A stretch of DNA of 60,914 bases from Bacilli bacterium (GCA_017477845.1 JAFUTR010000009.1:1-60914); one strand, 5' to 3'. Shown: positions 29,910 through 39,906, counted from the stretch's first letter. Translations and numbers: made by a program. Notes: generated by a model not told the origin, from the sequence alone.

Positions 29910-30115
29910 TCCTCAAAATAAAAAATATCCATCCATATAAGGACGAATATTTCGCGGTACCACCTTAATTTAGAGCAAATAAGCTCTACACTTTAATCTT
30001 TTAACGCAAGAATTACGTTTCGCACTTTTAAAAGACAAGTTCATAAAAATCTATTACTGATTTACACCATCCATCAGTTCTCTTTGAAATATTTTTTTAT
30101 TACTACTTCTTCTTG
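29910..30115 (-). promoter_or_regulatory. T-box leader, Leu-type specifier
   Basis: Minus strand: GCAAGAAGAAGUAGUA (stem I), AAAGAGAAC, GGAUGGUGUAAAUC, and a candidate specifier CUU in GAACUUGUC. The canonical T-box AAUUAAGGUGGUACCGCG follows, then an 11-bp terminator stem (AAUAUUCGUCC/GGAUGGAUAUU) and a U-run. Confidence 0.88.
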
Positions 30116-30136
30116 CAAATCACAATGAATATTATA

Positions 30137-32551
30137 TTAAAATTCTTCTATGTAATCAAGCAAATTTTGAAATAATTTAACAAATGATTTATCAAGATTT
30201 TGTCTTTTTAGTTTTCTTATTTTTATTTTTTTATCTCTTGTAGATTCATTACTAAATAATATCTCTGCTATTTTTTCTTTTAATTTTGTTTCTATTTGTA
30301 AATCACTTAGTATTTCATCTATATCTTCATTTATTACCCTTACAGCATCTATTTCAATATCTTTACCTTTACAGTTAATTGTTAATTGTCCAACTGTTCC
30401 AACATTTTCTATTTCTACAATAAAGTCATTATTGTCAATATATTTTTTACTTACTTGTATTTCAGTTGAATCAAAGTACACAATTACATCTTCTGCGAAT
30501 TTTGTGTTTCTAAATCTTATTTTATAATTTCTCTTATCAGGAACAATTCCTGTTTTTCCTTCAACTGATCTAATAATAAGTGTATAGTTATTTGGTAAAT
30601 AGTTGTAATCTATTTCTGTTATAAGATAATATCCTTCTTTATAAAGTCCACTTATTCCATCATCTTCATACATCCTGTAAGTATTATTTTGTCCAGGGAA
30701 TACATGTATTTCTATATCTGTAGGATTAGATGTATTATTGACATTACTTTTATTTGAAAGTGGAATGATACTTCCTTTCTTTGCAAATATTGGATAATCT
30801 TCTTCTTTATAGAAAGAAACATATTTTTTCTTTCCAACGTATTTTTTCCCTGTTGTAAATTCATACCATATCCCATCAGGCAAGTAAAATTTATGTATTG
30901 TTCTATTTAGTACTGGATTTTTCTTGGTAATTATTGGAGATACTAGAAGTTCACTTCCAAAAAAGTATTCAATTTTAAATAAATCATTATAGTAAACATC
31001 TGGTTCGTAGTAGTAAAGTGGTTGGAATATCATTGATCCAGTTTTATGATATTTGTATGCCTCAGTATATAAATATGAAGTTAATCTATGTCTTAATTTT
31101 AAATATCTTGATACTATTTGGAATGTTTTTGTATCCCACTTCCAAGGTTCTCTTTTATAGTATTTCCCACCTGAAGAGTGAAATCTTAGAATTGGTGAAA
31201 ACGCTCCTAATTCAACTGATCTAATATATAATTCAGGATCTTCAATACCATCATCATATCCTCCTATATCATGACTCCACCAACATGATCCTATATTAGA
31301 TGCCGATAAGTCAAAGAATGGGGTCTGTCTAAAGTTCTCCCAACTTACTTTTGATTCACCTGCATATAAAACTGGGTATAAGTGAGCTGCTTTTAAGGAG
31401 TTTCTTGCAAGTATCATTCCTCTTTTGGCAGGATTTTTATTTGTATTCATAAATATATAATAATTTAACACCCATAATTTATGTATATTTTTAATATCTT
31501 TATAATCATTCCAAAAGAAATCTACTCCAATATTTTCAAGAGGATTTAATCCATATTTTAATACTGCATCAAGCATAACTGGGTTTAATGGATCTATTGA
31601 TATTAATCCTTCCTTATCATAGTTTAAGAATGTTTTAACATCTTGATAATGTTCTTCATGTGGATAGAATCCATCTTCTGTATTGATTTGTACTCCAACA
31701 CGAATTCCTTTCATATGTAGTTCATTTATTAATTCTTTAGGATCTTTTATTAAATTTTTATTGAAAGAAAATCCTGTTTCAATATTTGTTCTTGTTCCTG
31801 CTTCTGTAATATGCCAGTCTTTATCAAATAGGAATACCGAAATAGGAATTTCATTTTTTTCAAATTTACTTACTAATTCTATGACTTCATCAGATGTATA
31901 TGGAAGGCTTCTACTCCACCAGTTACCAAGTGCATATCTTGGAATTAATGTAGGAAGTCCTGTTAAATTGAAGTAGTCTTGTACACAAAGACCAAAGTCT
32001 TTATCATATAAGAATACATAAATGTCTTTATTACCTCTAATTGGCTCTTCCAAGCTTCCAGTTTCACTTATTCTATAGTTTTCACTATCATCAAATGATA
32101 CTACTCCATCATCTGAATAAAGTCCTCTATTTATTACTTCTTTTCCATCTTTTATTTCACTACTTATATTTGATCCATAGTAGTTTCTTACTTCAGGATG
32201 TCCATAGTACCATGTAAAATTCTTATTTTTTAATTCAATTTTTAAGTTTTTAGTAGGGCTTAAGTTTGATGCTTTAAAATCACTTTCTTTAGAATATGAA
32301 AGTTTAAAATAAGTCGTTTCTATCTCTAAAAATTCATTATTTTCTCTTTTTTCAAATTTAGGCACACTAAAATTTCTGTTTGAAACAAGTTCAGTTTTTA
32401 AATCATTAAAGATAAATGATGGGCTATATTCTAGTCTTACTAATCTTTCTGAAAGAATTGTAATTCTAAATTTTTGTCCTTGTATTATGGCTTCTTCTTT
32501 TGCCTTTAAATTATCTGGATTAATTCTAAATCCATTTCCAAAGTCGTACAT
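30137..32551 (-). CDS. glycoside hydrolase family 31 (alpha-glucosidase/xylosidase-like)
   Basis: 804 aa. GH31-like catalytic-region motifs VDFFWNDY and WWSHDIGGY. Confidence 0.75.
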   Translation of the reverse strand: MYDFGNGFRINPDNLKAKEEAIIQGQKFRITILSERLVRLEYSPSFIFNDLKTELVSNRNFSVPKFEKRENNEFLEIETTYFKLSYSKESDFKASNLSPTKNLKIELKNKNFTWYYGHPEVRNYYGSNISSEIKDGKEVINRGLYSDDGVVSFDDSENYRISETGSLEEPIRGNKDIYVFLYDKDFGLCVQDYFNLTGLPTLIPRYALGNWWSRSLPYTSDEVIELVSKFEKNEIPISVFLFDKDWHITEAGTRTNIETGFSFNKNLIKDPKELINELHMKGIRVGVQINTEDGFYPHEEHYQDVKTFLNYDKEGLISIDPLNPVMLDAVLKYGLNPLENIGVDFFWNDYKDIKNIHKLWVLNYYIFMNTNKNPAKRGMILARNSLKAAHLYPVLYAGESKVSWENFRQTPFFDLSASNIGSCWWSHDIGGYDDGIEDPELYIRSVELGAFSPILRFHSSGGKYYKREPWKWDTKTFQIVSRYLKLRHRLTSYLYTEAYKYHKTGSMIFQPLYYYEPDVYYNDLFKIEYFFGSELLVSPIITKKNPVLNRTIHKFYLPDGIWYEFTTGKKYVGKKKYVSFYKEEDYPIFAKKGSIIPLSNKSNVNNTSNPTDIEIHVFPGQNNTYRMYEDDGISGLYKEGYYLITEIDYNYLPNNYTLIIRSVEGKTGIVPDKRNYKIRFRNTKFAEDVIVYFDSTEIQVSKKYIDNNDFIVEIENVGTVGQLTINCKGKDIEIDAVRVINEDIDEILSDLQIETKLKEKIAEILFSNESTRDKKIKIRKLKRQNLDKSFVKLFQNLLDYIEEF

Positions 32552-32669
32552 TTTATCACCCTTTATTCTACATTATAAATATATCATATTTTTTTTTATT
32601 ATAATAGTAATTTTTATATTTATTTTGTTAATTCTATTTTAAATGTTATAATAGCAATTGGTGATTTTT

Positions 32670-33608
32670 ATGTCTTCATTTAAATATAGTGATTCTAATA
32701 AAAGATATTATACACTTGATTATTATTATAAAAGGAAATATGGGTGCAAAATTGCAAAAATTAGCTTAAATTTAGGGCTTACATGTCCAAACAAAGATGG
32801 AACTTTAGGAATTGGTGGATGTATTTACTGTTCAAAACTTGGAAGTGGTGAATTTGCAGGAAACCCTCTTCTTCCTTTGAAAGAACAATTTGAAAGCGTT
32901 AAAAACTTTATGATTAAAAAGTGGCCAAATTGCAAGTTTATCGCGTATTTTCAAGCTAATACAAACACATATGCTCCTTTATCTTTCTTAAAAGAAAAGT
33001 ATGAAGAAGTTTTAAAGTATGAAAATGTAGTTGGTATAAATATATCAACAAGACCTGATTCAATTAGTGATGAATGTTTTGACTATTTAGAAGAACTTAA
33101 TAAGAAAACTGATTTAGTTGTAGAACTTGGTCTTCAAACAATTCATGATAAAACTGCAAAATTAATTAATAGATGTTCTCTTTTAAAATGTTTTGATAAT
33201 TGTGTCAAGGAATTGAATAAAAGAAATATTAAAGTACTTGTTCATATTATTAATGGTCTTCCATATGAAACTAAAGAAATGATGATTGATACAGTTAAAT
33301 ATTTAAGTAATATGAATATCTGGGGAATAAAGATACATATGCTTCATATTTTAAAAGATACTGCGCTTGAAAAAATGTATTATAAAGAGAAATTTCATGT
33401 TTTAACTCGTGAAGAATATGTTGATATTGTTTGTTGTGAGCTAGAATATTTAAGGGAAGATATCGTTGTTAATAGAATTACTGGAGACCCTAAAATTGAT
33501 GATTTAGTTGAACCTTTTTGGTTAACTAAGAAATTCTGCGTATTAAATGAAATAGATAAAGAGATGAAGAAACGAGATTCTTATCAAGGAAAAAAAATGA
33601 GAAATTAA
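32670..33608 (+). CDS. TIGR01212-family radical SAM protein
   Basis: CPNKDGTLGIGGCIYCS cluster motif near the N-terminus. Likely start is the ATG at 32670 (GGTGAT RBS). Extended -10 TGTTATAAT upstream. Confidence 0.8.
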   Translation: MSSFKYSDSNKRYYTLDYYYKRKYGCKIAKISLNLGLTCPNKDGTLGIGGCIYCSKLGSGEFAGNPLLPLKEQFESVKNFMIKKWPNCKFIAYFQANTNTYAPLSFLKEKYEEVLKYENVVGINISTRPDSISDECFDYLEELNKKTDLVVELGLQTIHDKTAKLINRCSLLKCFDNCVKELNKRNIKVLVHIINGLPYETKEMMIDTVKYLSNMNIWGIKIHMLHILKDTALEKMYYKEKFHVLTREEYVDIVCCELEYLREDIVVNRITGDPKIDDLVEPFWLTKKFCVLNEIDKEMKKRDSYQGKKMRN

Positions 33609-33616
33609 TCTCATTT

Positions 33617-35770
33617 TTATTTTATATTTTTATAATAATTATTACTGATAATCATATCACTTAAGGTAATTTTGTCCTTTGTATATTCTGTATTTTTTTG
33701 ATATTCTTCTTTTGATAAATCAAGTCCACTATTACCACTATAAACTTCACCATCATACCAAGTATAATCACTAAATAATTCTATGTTTTTATGCTCATCA
33801 CTAAAAATATCTCTTCCAACATAATTATCTGGATTATACTTTATTCCTAATAAGTTTAACATTGTTGGGACAATATCAATATCATTAACAAAAATATCTT
33901 CAAAATCTTTGTGCTCAAGTTGTGAATTATATATTACAAATGGAATGTGTTTTACTTTATGAGCTTGATCAATCTCTTTAAAAAGAGCTAAATCTTCATC
34001 TGTGTAGTTATAAGCATAAGAATGATGATCTGTGTAAAGAACGATTACAGTATCATCTAATTTTCCATCTTGCTCTAATCTATCTAATAATATTTTTAAA
34101 AAGTTATCTGTCCTTTTTGCTAGTGAAGAAAAACATTCTTTTTGATTCATTTCTTTACTACAATATTTATTATCTACATAAGGTCCATGAGCCGAAATTG
34201 TAACAAATAATGACATAAATTTGCCATCATCTGGTGCTAATTTTTCATATAGTAAATCATTAGATGCAAATTGAGAATCATCATATCCTTCTTTTTTAAT
34301 ATTTTTCATATCATATAAGAAATAACTATCAGTAAATCCAATACTTTTATGTAGTTTATCTCTATTGTAAAATGACCCACGATTTTCATGAAAAGATGCT
34401 GTTTTATATCCTTCTTTGTTAAGTGTTTCAGGCAATGAATTGCTATAATAATTAGTATTTATATTATTATAATACTTTTTTGAATGAAATAAACCTGTCA
34501 TTGATGTATATTCTGTGGCAATAGTAAGTACTGCTCCACTAGATTGGTTATATCTATTTGGAAAGTTCCATCCTTCTTTCATCATTTTGCATAAAGTAGG
34601 CATAGTTTCTTCATTTACTACAACATAGTCAATGCTTTCCATCATTACCATTATTACATTTTTATCTTTAAAAATACCGGTATACATATTATCTTCTAAA
34701 GTTGTATGATATTTTTCAACTAATGATTCTATTTCGTCTATACTTCCATATGTATTAAACATATCATTAATATATAAATAAACATCTCTAATTGAATACT
34801 CATATAAACCTAGTACACTTAAACTTTTCTTTGGGCTTATAAAATTGTCATAATAATACTTTTCATGATATATTGAATCCCAAACATTATCTTCATAGTT
34901 TTCAAAAAGAGAAATTCCATAATTGATTCCTAGAATACATATTAATAATGATATAATTAATTTTTTAATAGAAAACTTACTTTCTATTTTTCTTAAAGAC
35001 ATATAATTAATAATTGCTAATATTATTTCAATTAGTATAAAGAGTACAAACTTAATACTTATATATTCATAAATAAAATTAATAAAGGCAAACCCTTCCT
35101 TAGTATTATTTAATTCATATATTGAAAGTGCATCAGATTTTATTTTTAAAAAGAAAAAATTTGCTATGAACAACGCTATCCATAATATATAAAAAACTAT
35201 GGCAGTTATTTTTCCACTTTTTTTGGGTAAATAATATATTAATGATAAAAATAGTAATGTAAAAAAGAAGGTAATTATATTTGTTTTTAAATTATATACT
35301 GTTGTGAAGTTATCAATGCTACAAAAACTTTTTCTTATTACAAAGTCTAAAGAAAAGAATAGAATAAATCCACTTATAAAGAATATTAATTTATCTATAA
35401 TTTGCTTATTATTTTTTAAATAATCTTTCAAATTATCTTTATTAAAAGTTATGATATTATATTTTTTATTAATATCAGTAATTTTATTATTCTTTATTTT
35501 ATATAAAAAGGCTGGAAGAAATAAACCTAGTAAATTCCCAAGACCAGTATATTTCAATATAAACCCAGTTGTTATATCATGTTTCCATATCCAAACTTGA
35601 TAAATAATAAAAACAATTAAGATCATTACTATATTTAAAATAATTGATGCTTTTAAATAATATAAGATTAATTCTTTTATTTCTATTTTTTCTTCTAATA
35701 AATATTTTTTAAATATGTGTAGTAAAGTTATTAAAATTGCTGGAAATATTATACATATCAATAGTTTCAT
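33617..35770 (-). CDS. LTA synthase-family (sulfatase-domain) membrane protein
   Basis: Long N-terminal multi-TM region plus a C-terminal sulfatase-like domain (VIMVMMESID, TISAHGPY, LYTDHHSY). The ATG at 35770 is preferred over the GTG at 35779. Confidence 0.8.
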   Translation of the reverse strand: MKLLICIIFPAILITLLHIFKKYLLEEKIEIKELILYYLKASIILNIVMILIVFIIYQVWIWKHDITTGFILKYTGLGNLLGLFLPAFLYKIKNNKITDINKKYNIITFNKDNLKDYLKNNKQIIDKLIFFISGFILFFSLDFVIRKSFCSIDNFTTVYNLKTNIITFFFTLLFLSLIYYLPKKSGKITAIVFYILWIALFIANFFFLKIKSDALSIYELNNTKEGFAFINFIYEYISIKFVLFILIEIILAIINYMSLRKIESKFSIKKLIISLLICILGINYGISLFENYEDNVWDSIYHEKYYYDNFISPKKSLSVLGLYEYSIRDVYLYINDMFNTYGSIDEIESLVEKYHTTLEDNMYTGIFKDKNVIMVMMESIDYVVVNEETMPTLCKMMKEGWNFPNRYNQSSGAVLTIATEYTSMTGLFHSKKYYNNINTNYYSNSLPETLNKEGYKTASFHENRGSFYNRDKLHKSIGFTDSYFLYDMKNIKKEGYDDSQFASNDLLYEKLAPDDGKFMSLFVTISAHGPYVDNKYCSKEMNQKECFSSLAKRTDNFLKILLDRLEQDGKLDDTVIVLYTDHHSYAYNYTDEDLALFKEIDQAHKVKHIPFVIYNSQLEHKDFEDIFVNDIDIVPTMLNLLGIKYNPDNYVGRDIFSDEHKNIELFSDYTWYDGEVYSGNSGLDLSKEEYQKNTEYTKDKITLSDMIISNNYYKNIK

Positions 35771-35842
35771 TTTTATCACCTATTCTTTTATATATCACAT
35801 TTCACACAATTAATCAAAAAAAGATGTAAATTTTACATCTTT

Positions 35843-36220
35843 TTACTTTTCTACTTCTTTTTTCCAAAGTCCATGTTTATTACAGTATGCATAAAGTGTC
35901 ATATTTGGAGTATATTTGCATTTTAATTTTGGTAGTTCTCCTGGTTTAAAATACTTTGTTATTTCTTCTTTATCTGTTATAGCACTAATCCACTCAATAA
36001 AATGATCTTCTTCCATTACATGATTTACAGTGATTATTATTTCATCACCATTTATTTCATATGTTGGAACGTGTTTTTCCACTGCTCCATCAGTTGAATT
36101 TGCTTTTACTATTTTCATTTCTTCGTCACAACAGATGATTCCACATTTGCAATTACAATCTTCCAAAACTCTTACAATTGCTTTACAATGATTACATTTT
36201 CTAATTATTAATTCTTTCAT
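35843..36220 (-). CDS. desulfoferrodoxin (superoxide reductase)
   Basis: N-terminal desulforedoxin-like CNHC...CC and neelaredoxin-type EKHVP...H...CNKHGLW ligands. Confidence 0.85.
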   Translation of the reverse strand: MKELIIRKCNHCKAIVRVLEDCNCKCGIICCDEEMKIVKANSTDGAVEKHVPTYEINGDEIIITVNHVMEEDHFIEWISAITDKEEITKYFKPGELPKLKCKYTPNMTLYAYCNKHGLWKKEVEK

Positions 36221-36289
36221 ATTCTCCTCTTTCTTATCTTCAATATAACCTTTTTCTTAAATATTTACAAGAAAAAAATAGGATTTTTC

Positions 36290-36760
36290 CTATTTCTTAT
36301 GTTTAATCTTTTTAATTAATGATTTACTACTTTTTTCTTTTTTTTCTTCTCCAGATATTTTAAAAATACCTTTTTTAGAATCTACTATTTCTTTTGCGCA
36401 TCTCAATTTATATTTAAGCAATTCATATTTTTCTTTATACTTTTCAATTGTTAAGTCATGAGTATTTGCATAATTATTCATCTCAAATATTATTCTTGAG
36501 CAATAATTAACTGAATCTGTCCAAGACATATTTTTTACTTCTTCATTATCTATTATATAGTCTAATCTCTTAAAAAAATTAACAGCTTCTTTTCCATTAA
36601 ATTCAACATAGTCTTTAGGTTTGTTATCATTCTTTTCTGATGCAATTTTTGCAATTGTTTCAATTACTTCAACTGGTATTTCACTAACTTCACAACTATT
36701 TAATAAGTATTTTAAATCTCTTTTTTGAACTTTTACTATTTCATCTTTTATAGTTTTCAT
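36290..36760 (-). CDS. hypothetical protein (156 aa) coupled to the alarmone synthetase gene
   Basis: AAAGGAG RBS overlaps the end of the upstream gene (13-nt gap). Lys-rich C-terminal tail. No family recognised. Confidence 0.55.
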   Translation of the reverse strand: MKTIKDEIVKVQKRDLKYLLNSCEVSEIPVEVIETIAKIASEKNDNKPKDYVEFNGKEAVNFFKRLDYIIDNEEVKNMSWTDSVNYCSRIIFEMNNYANTHDLTIEKYKEKYELLKYKLRCAKEIVDSKKGIFKISGEEKKEKSSKSLIKKIKHKK

Positions 36761-36773
36761 TTATTACTCCTTT

Positions 36774-37400
36774 CTATACAAATTTTTTTTCTTTGTATTT
36801 GCTCATTATTTTATTCATGTTATACATTCTGTTATCTAATTCTTTTACTTCCAAAGAACAATTATATATTTCTTCTGCAACCTCTTCAGGTATTTCTCCA
36901 TCAAATTTATATTGTATTTTATGATCTAGACTTGCCCAAAAATCCATTGCCATTGTTCTTATTTGTATTTCTGCTTCAATATATTCTACTCTTCCATTTA
37001 AATGAATTGGTACTAAAATATTTAAATGGTAACTAGAATATCCTGAAGTTTTAGGATTCTTTATAAAATCTTCCTCTGATTTAATTTTAAATAATTTTGA
37101 ATTTTTAATTATTTTTACTATATCATAAACATCAGATAAAAAAGAACAAACAATTCTTACTCCTACCATATCATGAACATGTAAAATAAGATTATCCCTG
37201 TTAACTTCATAGCCTTTTCTTTTTAATTTTCTTATAGCACTTTCTCTTGATTTTATTCTTGTTTTTATATGTTCAACTGGGTTTATTTTATTATTAAATT
37301 CATATTCTTTTATTAAAATATTTAATTCTGTTGTAAGTGTTTGTAATGCAAAATCATATTTAATCATTAAGTCAGATAATTCGTCCTTATAATTACCCAT
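36774..37400 (-). CDS. small alarmone synthetase (RelQ/RelP-type GTP pyrophosphokinase)
   Basis: 208 aa. Collinear with my recollection of B. subtilis YjbM: MVGVRIVC, SGYSSYHL, EIQIRTMAMDFWASLDHKIQYK. Confidence 0.85.
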   Translation of the reverse strand: MGNYKDELSDLMIKYDFALQTLTTELNILIKEYEFNNKINPVEHIKTRIKSRESAIRKLKRKGYEVNRDNLILHVHDMVGVRIVCSFLSDVYDIVKIIKNSKLFKIKSEEDFIKNPKTSGYSSYHLNILVPIHLNGRVEYIEAEIQIRTMAMDFWASLDHKIQYKFDGEIPEEVAEEIYNCSLEVKELDNRMYNMNKIMSKYKEKKFV

Positions 37401-37490
37401 AATATCCCCTCTTTACAAGTTTGCTATTATATCATATTTTAATTAAAAAATCAAGGAAAGAAAAATAAAAATCACTATACTAAGTGACTT

Positions 37491-37610
37491 CTATTCCTCT
37501 TCTTCATATTTTCTACTATTTCTTCTTTTTATAATTCCAAATGTTATAATTGATAAAACTGCTACTAAAGCTGCTCCAACACTTGCAATTAACGTTTTCT
37601 TTTTATTCAT
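37491..37610 (-). CDS. 39-aa single-TM peptide
   Basis: Hand-translated: MNKKKTLIASVGAALVAVLSIITFGIIKRRNSRKYEEEE. GGAGGT RBS 5 nt upstream. Hairpin plus T-run directly after the stop. Confidence 0.45.
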   Translation of the reverse strand: MNKKKTLIASVGAALVAVLSIITFGIIKRRNSRKYEEEE

Positions 37611-37713
37611 TTAATACCTCCATAATAATATTAATATTTCACTTTTATTTTAATATTATTATTAGTTTAAGACAATAATTAAATGATTATTATTTACATA
37701 AAAATGTAAAATA

Positions 37714-38256
37714 TTATTTCTTTTCAAGAATTAAATCTAATAGTTCAACATTTTTACTTTTATATTTTTCTCTTCTATAATTTCCTTTTGTTACTGTTGC
37801 ATTTTTGATTTCATTATCAACATTAATTTTTATTTTATCTCCCTTTTGAAAAATTGTATTTTTTGGGACTAAATAAATTGTGTCTTCTTTTGCACGAGCT
37901 ATTCTTACTACTACATATGTTTCTTTATTTGAATTTAAAGTAGTACTTTTTTTTGTTGTTTTCTTTTTATTTGTATTTTTTAAAGTCTTTGTTGCAGTAG
38001 TTTTTGATGATGCTACTTTAACTGTTTTTTTTGTTTCAGGGACATTTTCATAAAGGCTTTCTTCAATTAAATATTCATCATCTTCTTTGTAATTATCATA
38101 TTCTTCATCATCGTCATCATCATATATTATTCTTTTCTTTGTAGTAGTTGCATTTTTTTCTGCTATTTTATAAATAATTCCAATTAAAATAGTCCATACA
38201 ATCGTTATTAATAAAATTAATGCAATACATATTAGTAACTTATCATTCTCACCCAT
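37714..38256 (-). CDS. hypothetical membrane-anchored protein (180 aa)
   Basis: N-terminal TM helix, acidic D/E/Y stretch, Thr/Lys-rich linker, small C-terminal domain. GAGGGTGAG RBS. Confidence 0.55.
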   Translation of the reverse strand: MGENDKLLICIALILLITIVWTILIGIIYKIAEKNATTTKKRIIYDDDDDEEYDNYKEDDEYLIEESLYENVPETKKTVKVASSKTTATKTLKNTNKKKTTKKSTTLNSNKETYVVVRIARAKEDTIYLVPKNTIFQKGDKIKINVDNEIKNATVTKGNYRREKYKSKNVELLDLILEKK

Positions 38257-38366
38257 AAACTCACCCTCATTTCACATTTATGGCTGTATTATAACATACT
38301 TTACAGTAAAATAAAAGTTTTTTCTTTAAAATGAGATATCAATTGTGTGAAAAAAAAATTAATTAA

Positions 38367-38511
38367 TTGACTTTAGCAAAAATTCATATTATGATTAATA
38401 TGCATGATGATAAAACATTGTGCGTTTCACTCTTACGGTTTTATAATGTGAGAGTGTATTCAACCAAAACCCCCTGAAGAGAGTGAACTATTAATATTCA
38501 CTCTCATTTTT
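38367..38511 (+). promoter_or_regulatory. orphan promoter + attenuator-like stem-loops + intrinsic terminator (candidate sRNA or stranded leader)
   Basis: TTGACT (38367-72), 17 nt, TATGAT (38390-95). Four mutually complementary segments: TTTCACTCT 38425-33, GAGAGTG 38450-56, GAGAGTGAA 38479-87, TTCACTCTC 38497-505. A T-run follows. No plus-strand gene follows before the element boundary. Confidence 0.4.
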
Positions 38512-38558
38512 GTTATTATATAAGGGTTTGCGGAGGTTTTAAAATTTTAAAAAGTCGT

Positions 38559-38579
38559 TTAGGTAGCAATTAGGTAGCA
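38559..38579 (+). repeat. attL-like direct repeat TTAGGTAGCAATTAGGTAGCA
   Basis: 20/21 identical to 51703-51723. Consists of two tandem TTAGGTAGCA units. The integrase gene starts about 75 bp away. Confidence 0.7.
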
Positions 38580-38654
38580 TTTTTCTTAATTTTTTATAAA
38601 TTATTGCATAAAAAAACAATGGAACTGATTTATTTTCAGCTCCATTGTTTCATT

Positions 38655-39890
38655 TTATAGACTTAAATCAAAATCATCTTTGTCATTATCATAATCATAT
38701 TCATTATCATAAGTTATATCATCTTCTATAATAGTATTAATATCATCATCTATTTCTTCTACTTTAATTTCCTCTTTCTTTTTATCATTTAGATTATCAA
38801 TAATACCAATTATATTATTTAACTTATTTTGAAACATATGAGAATAAGTATTTAATGTTTCATCAATTTTAGAATGACCAAGATATTTAGCGACAAGTGT
38901 TATATCAGCACCATTATTAATTAATAAACTAGCACAACTATGGCGAAAGTCATGAATCCTTATTTGTTTAACTCCTGCTAATACACAATTATTATTTTTT
39001 CTTCTTCTAATTACATCATCAGCAAGAGGAAACTCTCGACCAAAAACAAACCAATCATTAGAATAATTAGTATATTTCATTTGCTCGTTTTTGAGCCTTT
39101 TTAAGTCATCTACCAAGTCTTTTGTTAAAGGTAGTATTCTATTACTAGAGGTTGTCTTTGGACTTGATATGATATATTTAATACCATTTACATTATCAGA
39201 TAAACCTTTATTAATGTTAATGGTATTTTTTTCTAAATCTATATCATTCCAATTTAATGCTCTAGCTTCACCTTTACGAAGACCACAATAGTATAATGTT
39301 TCAAAAAATGTTTTATAAGTTAAATCTTTTTCTACGGAAATAAACTTATTAAATTCTTCAAATGTCCAAAATTGCATTTCTTTTTTTCTTTCATTTGGAT
39401 TAGTAAAGTTTGTCATTTTAGGATAAATTTGATTAAAATTAATTCCATACCATTTTGTTCCAAAATTCATAATTGTTTTTAAAAATTTATAAATATAATT
39501 TCTTGTTCTAGTTGATAACTTATATTTTAATATTTCTTTTCGCCATGCCTCATAATGTTGAAGATTAAATTCATTAACTTTAATATCATCAAGTAGTTTC
39601 ATATATCTCATTCTATCTAAATATGTATTAATAGTTGTTTGTTTAACTTTATCTTTTTGATAGTCATAAAATGCTAAATATAATTCTTTAAATGTCATAT
39701 CTTTACCTGAACGATATTTATCAAGTTCTAGGAAAAATAATCTTTCAGCTTCTTGAGCCTCTTTTTTTGTAAAGAACTTTTTAGATTTATATTGTTTCTT
39801 TTTTCCATTTAAATCATTATATCGGTCATAGAATATCCATTTACGACCATCTTTTGTCCATTCTTTTTGTCTTAATAATATAACAGCCAT
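38655..39890 (-). CDS. int: tyrosine recombinase/integrase
   Basis: C-terminal catalytic signature GLRKGEARAL, HDFRHSCASLLI, GHSKIDETLNTYSH. Probable start is MAVILL at 39890. Unusual acidic D/Y-rich C-terminal tail. Confidence 0.9.
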   Translation of the reverse strand: MAVILLRQKEWTKDGRKWIFYDRYNDLNGKKKQYKSKKFFTKKEAQEAERLFFLELDKYRSGKDMTFKELYLAFYDYQKDKVKQTTINTYLDRMRYMKLLDDIKVNEFNLQHYEAWRKEILKYKLSTRTRNYIYKFLKTIMNFGTKWYGINFNQIYPKMTNFTNPNERKKEMQFWTFEEFNKFISVEKDLTYKTFFETLYYCGLRKGEARALNWNDIDLEKNTININKGLSDNVNGIKYIISSPKTTSSNRILPLTKDLVDDLKRLKNEQMKYTNYSNDWFVFGREFPLADDVIRRRKNNNCVLAGVKQIRIHDFRHSCASLLINNGADITLVAKYLGHSKIDETLNTYSHMFQNKLNNIIGIIDNLNDKKKEEIKVEEIDDDINTIIEDDITYDNEYDYDNDKDDFDLSL

Positions 39891-39906
39891 ATTTATCACA
39901 TCCTTT

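Noticed and set aside
36725-37036. 103-aa plus-strand ORF overlapping the alarmone synthetase gene.
   Set aside because: It is antisense to a gene with clear family motifs, has no RBS, and gives a Leu/Phe/Tyr-rich nonsense-like sequence.
36774-37400. Reading the alarmone synthetase as a toxSAS toxin.
   Set aside because: Its length and motif order match my recollection of housekeeping RelQ/RelP. It is kept only as a low-interest note about the coupled unknown ORF.
38400-38477. Possible leader peptide (25 codons ending at the TGA inside CCCCCTGAAGA) in the orphan leader.
   Set aside because: The ATG lies only about 5 nt after the -10 hexamer, so probably upstream of the transcription start. 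There is no RBS. The other in-frame ATGs also lack an RBS.
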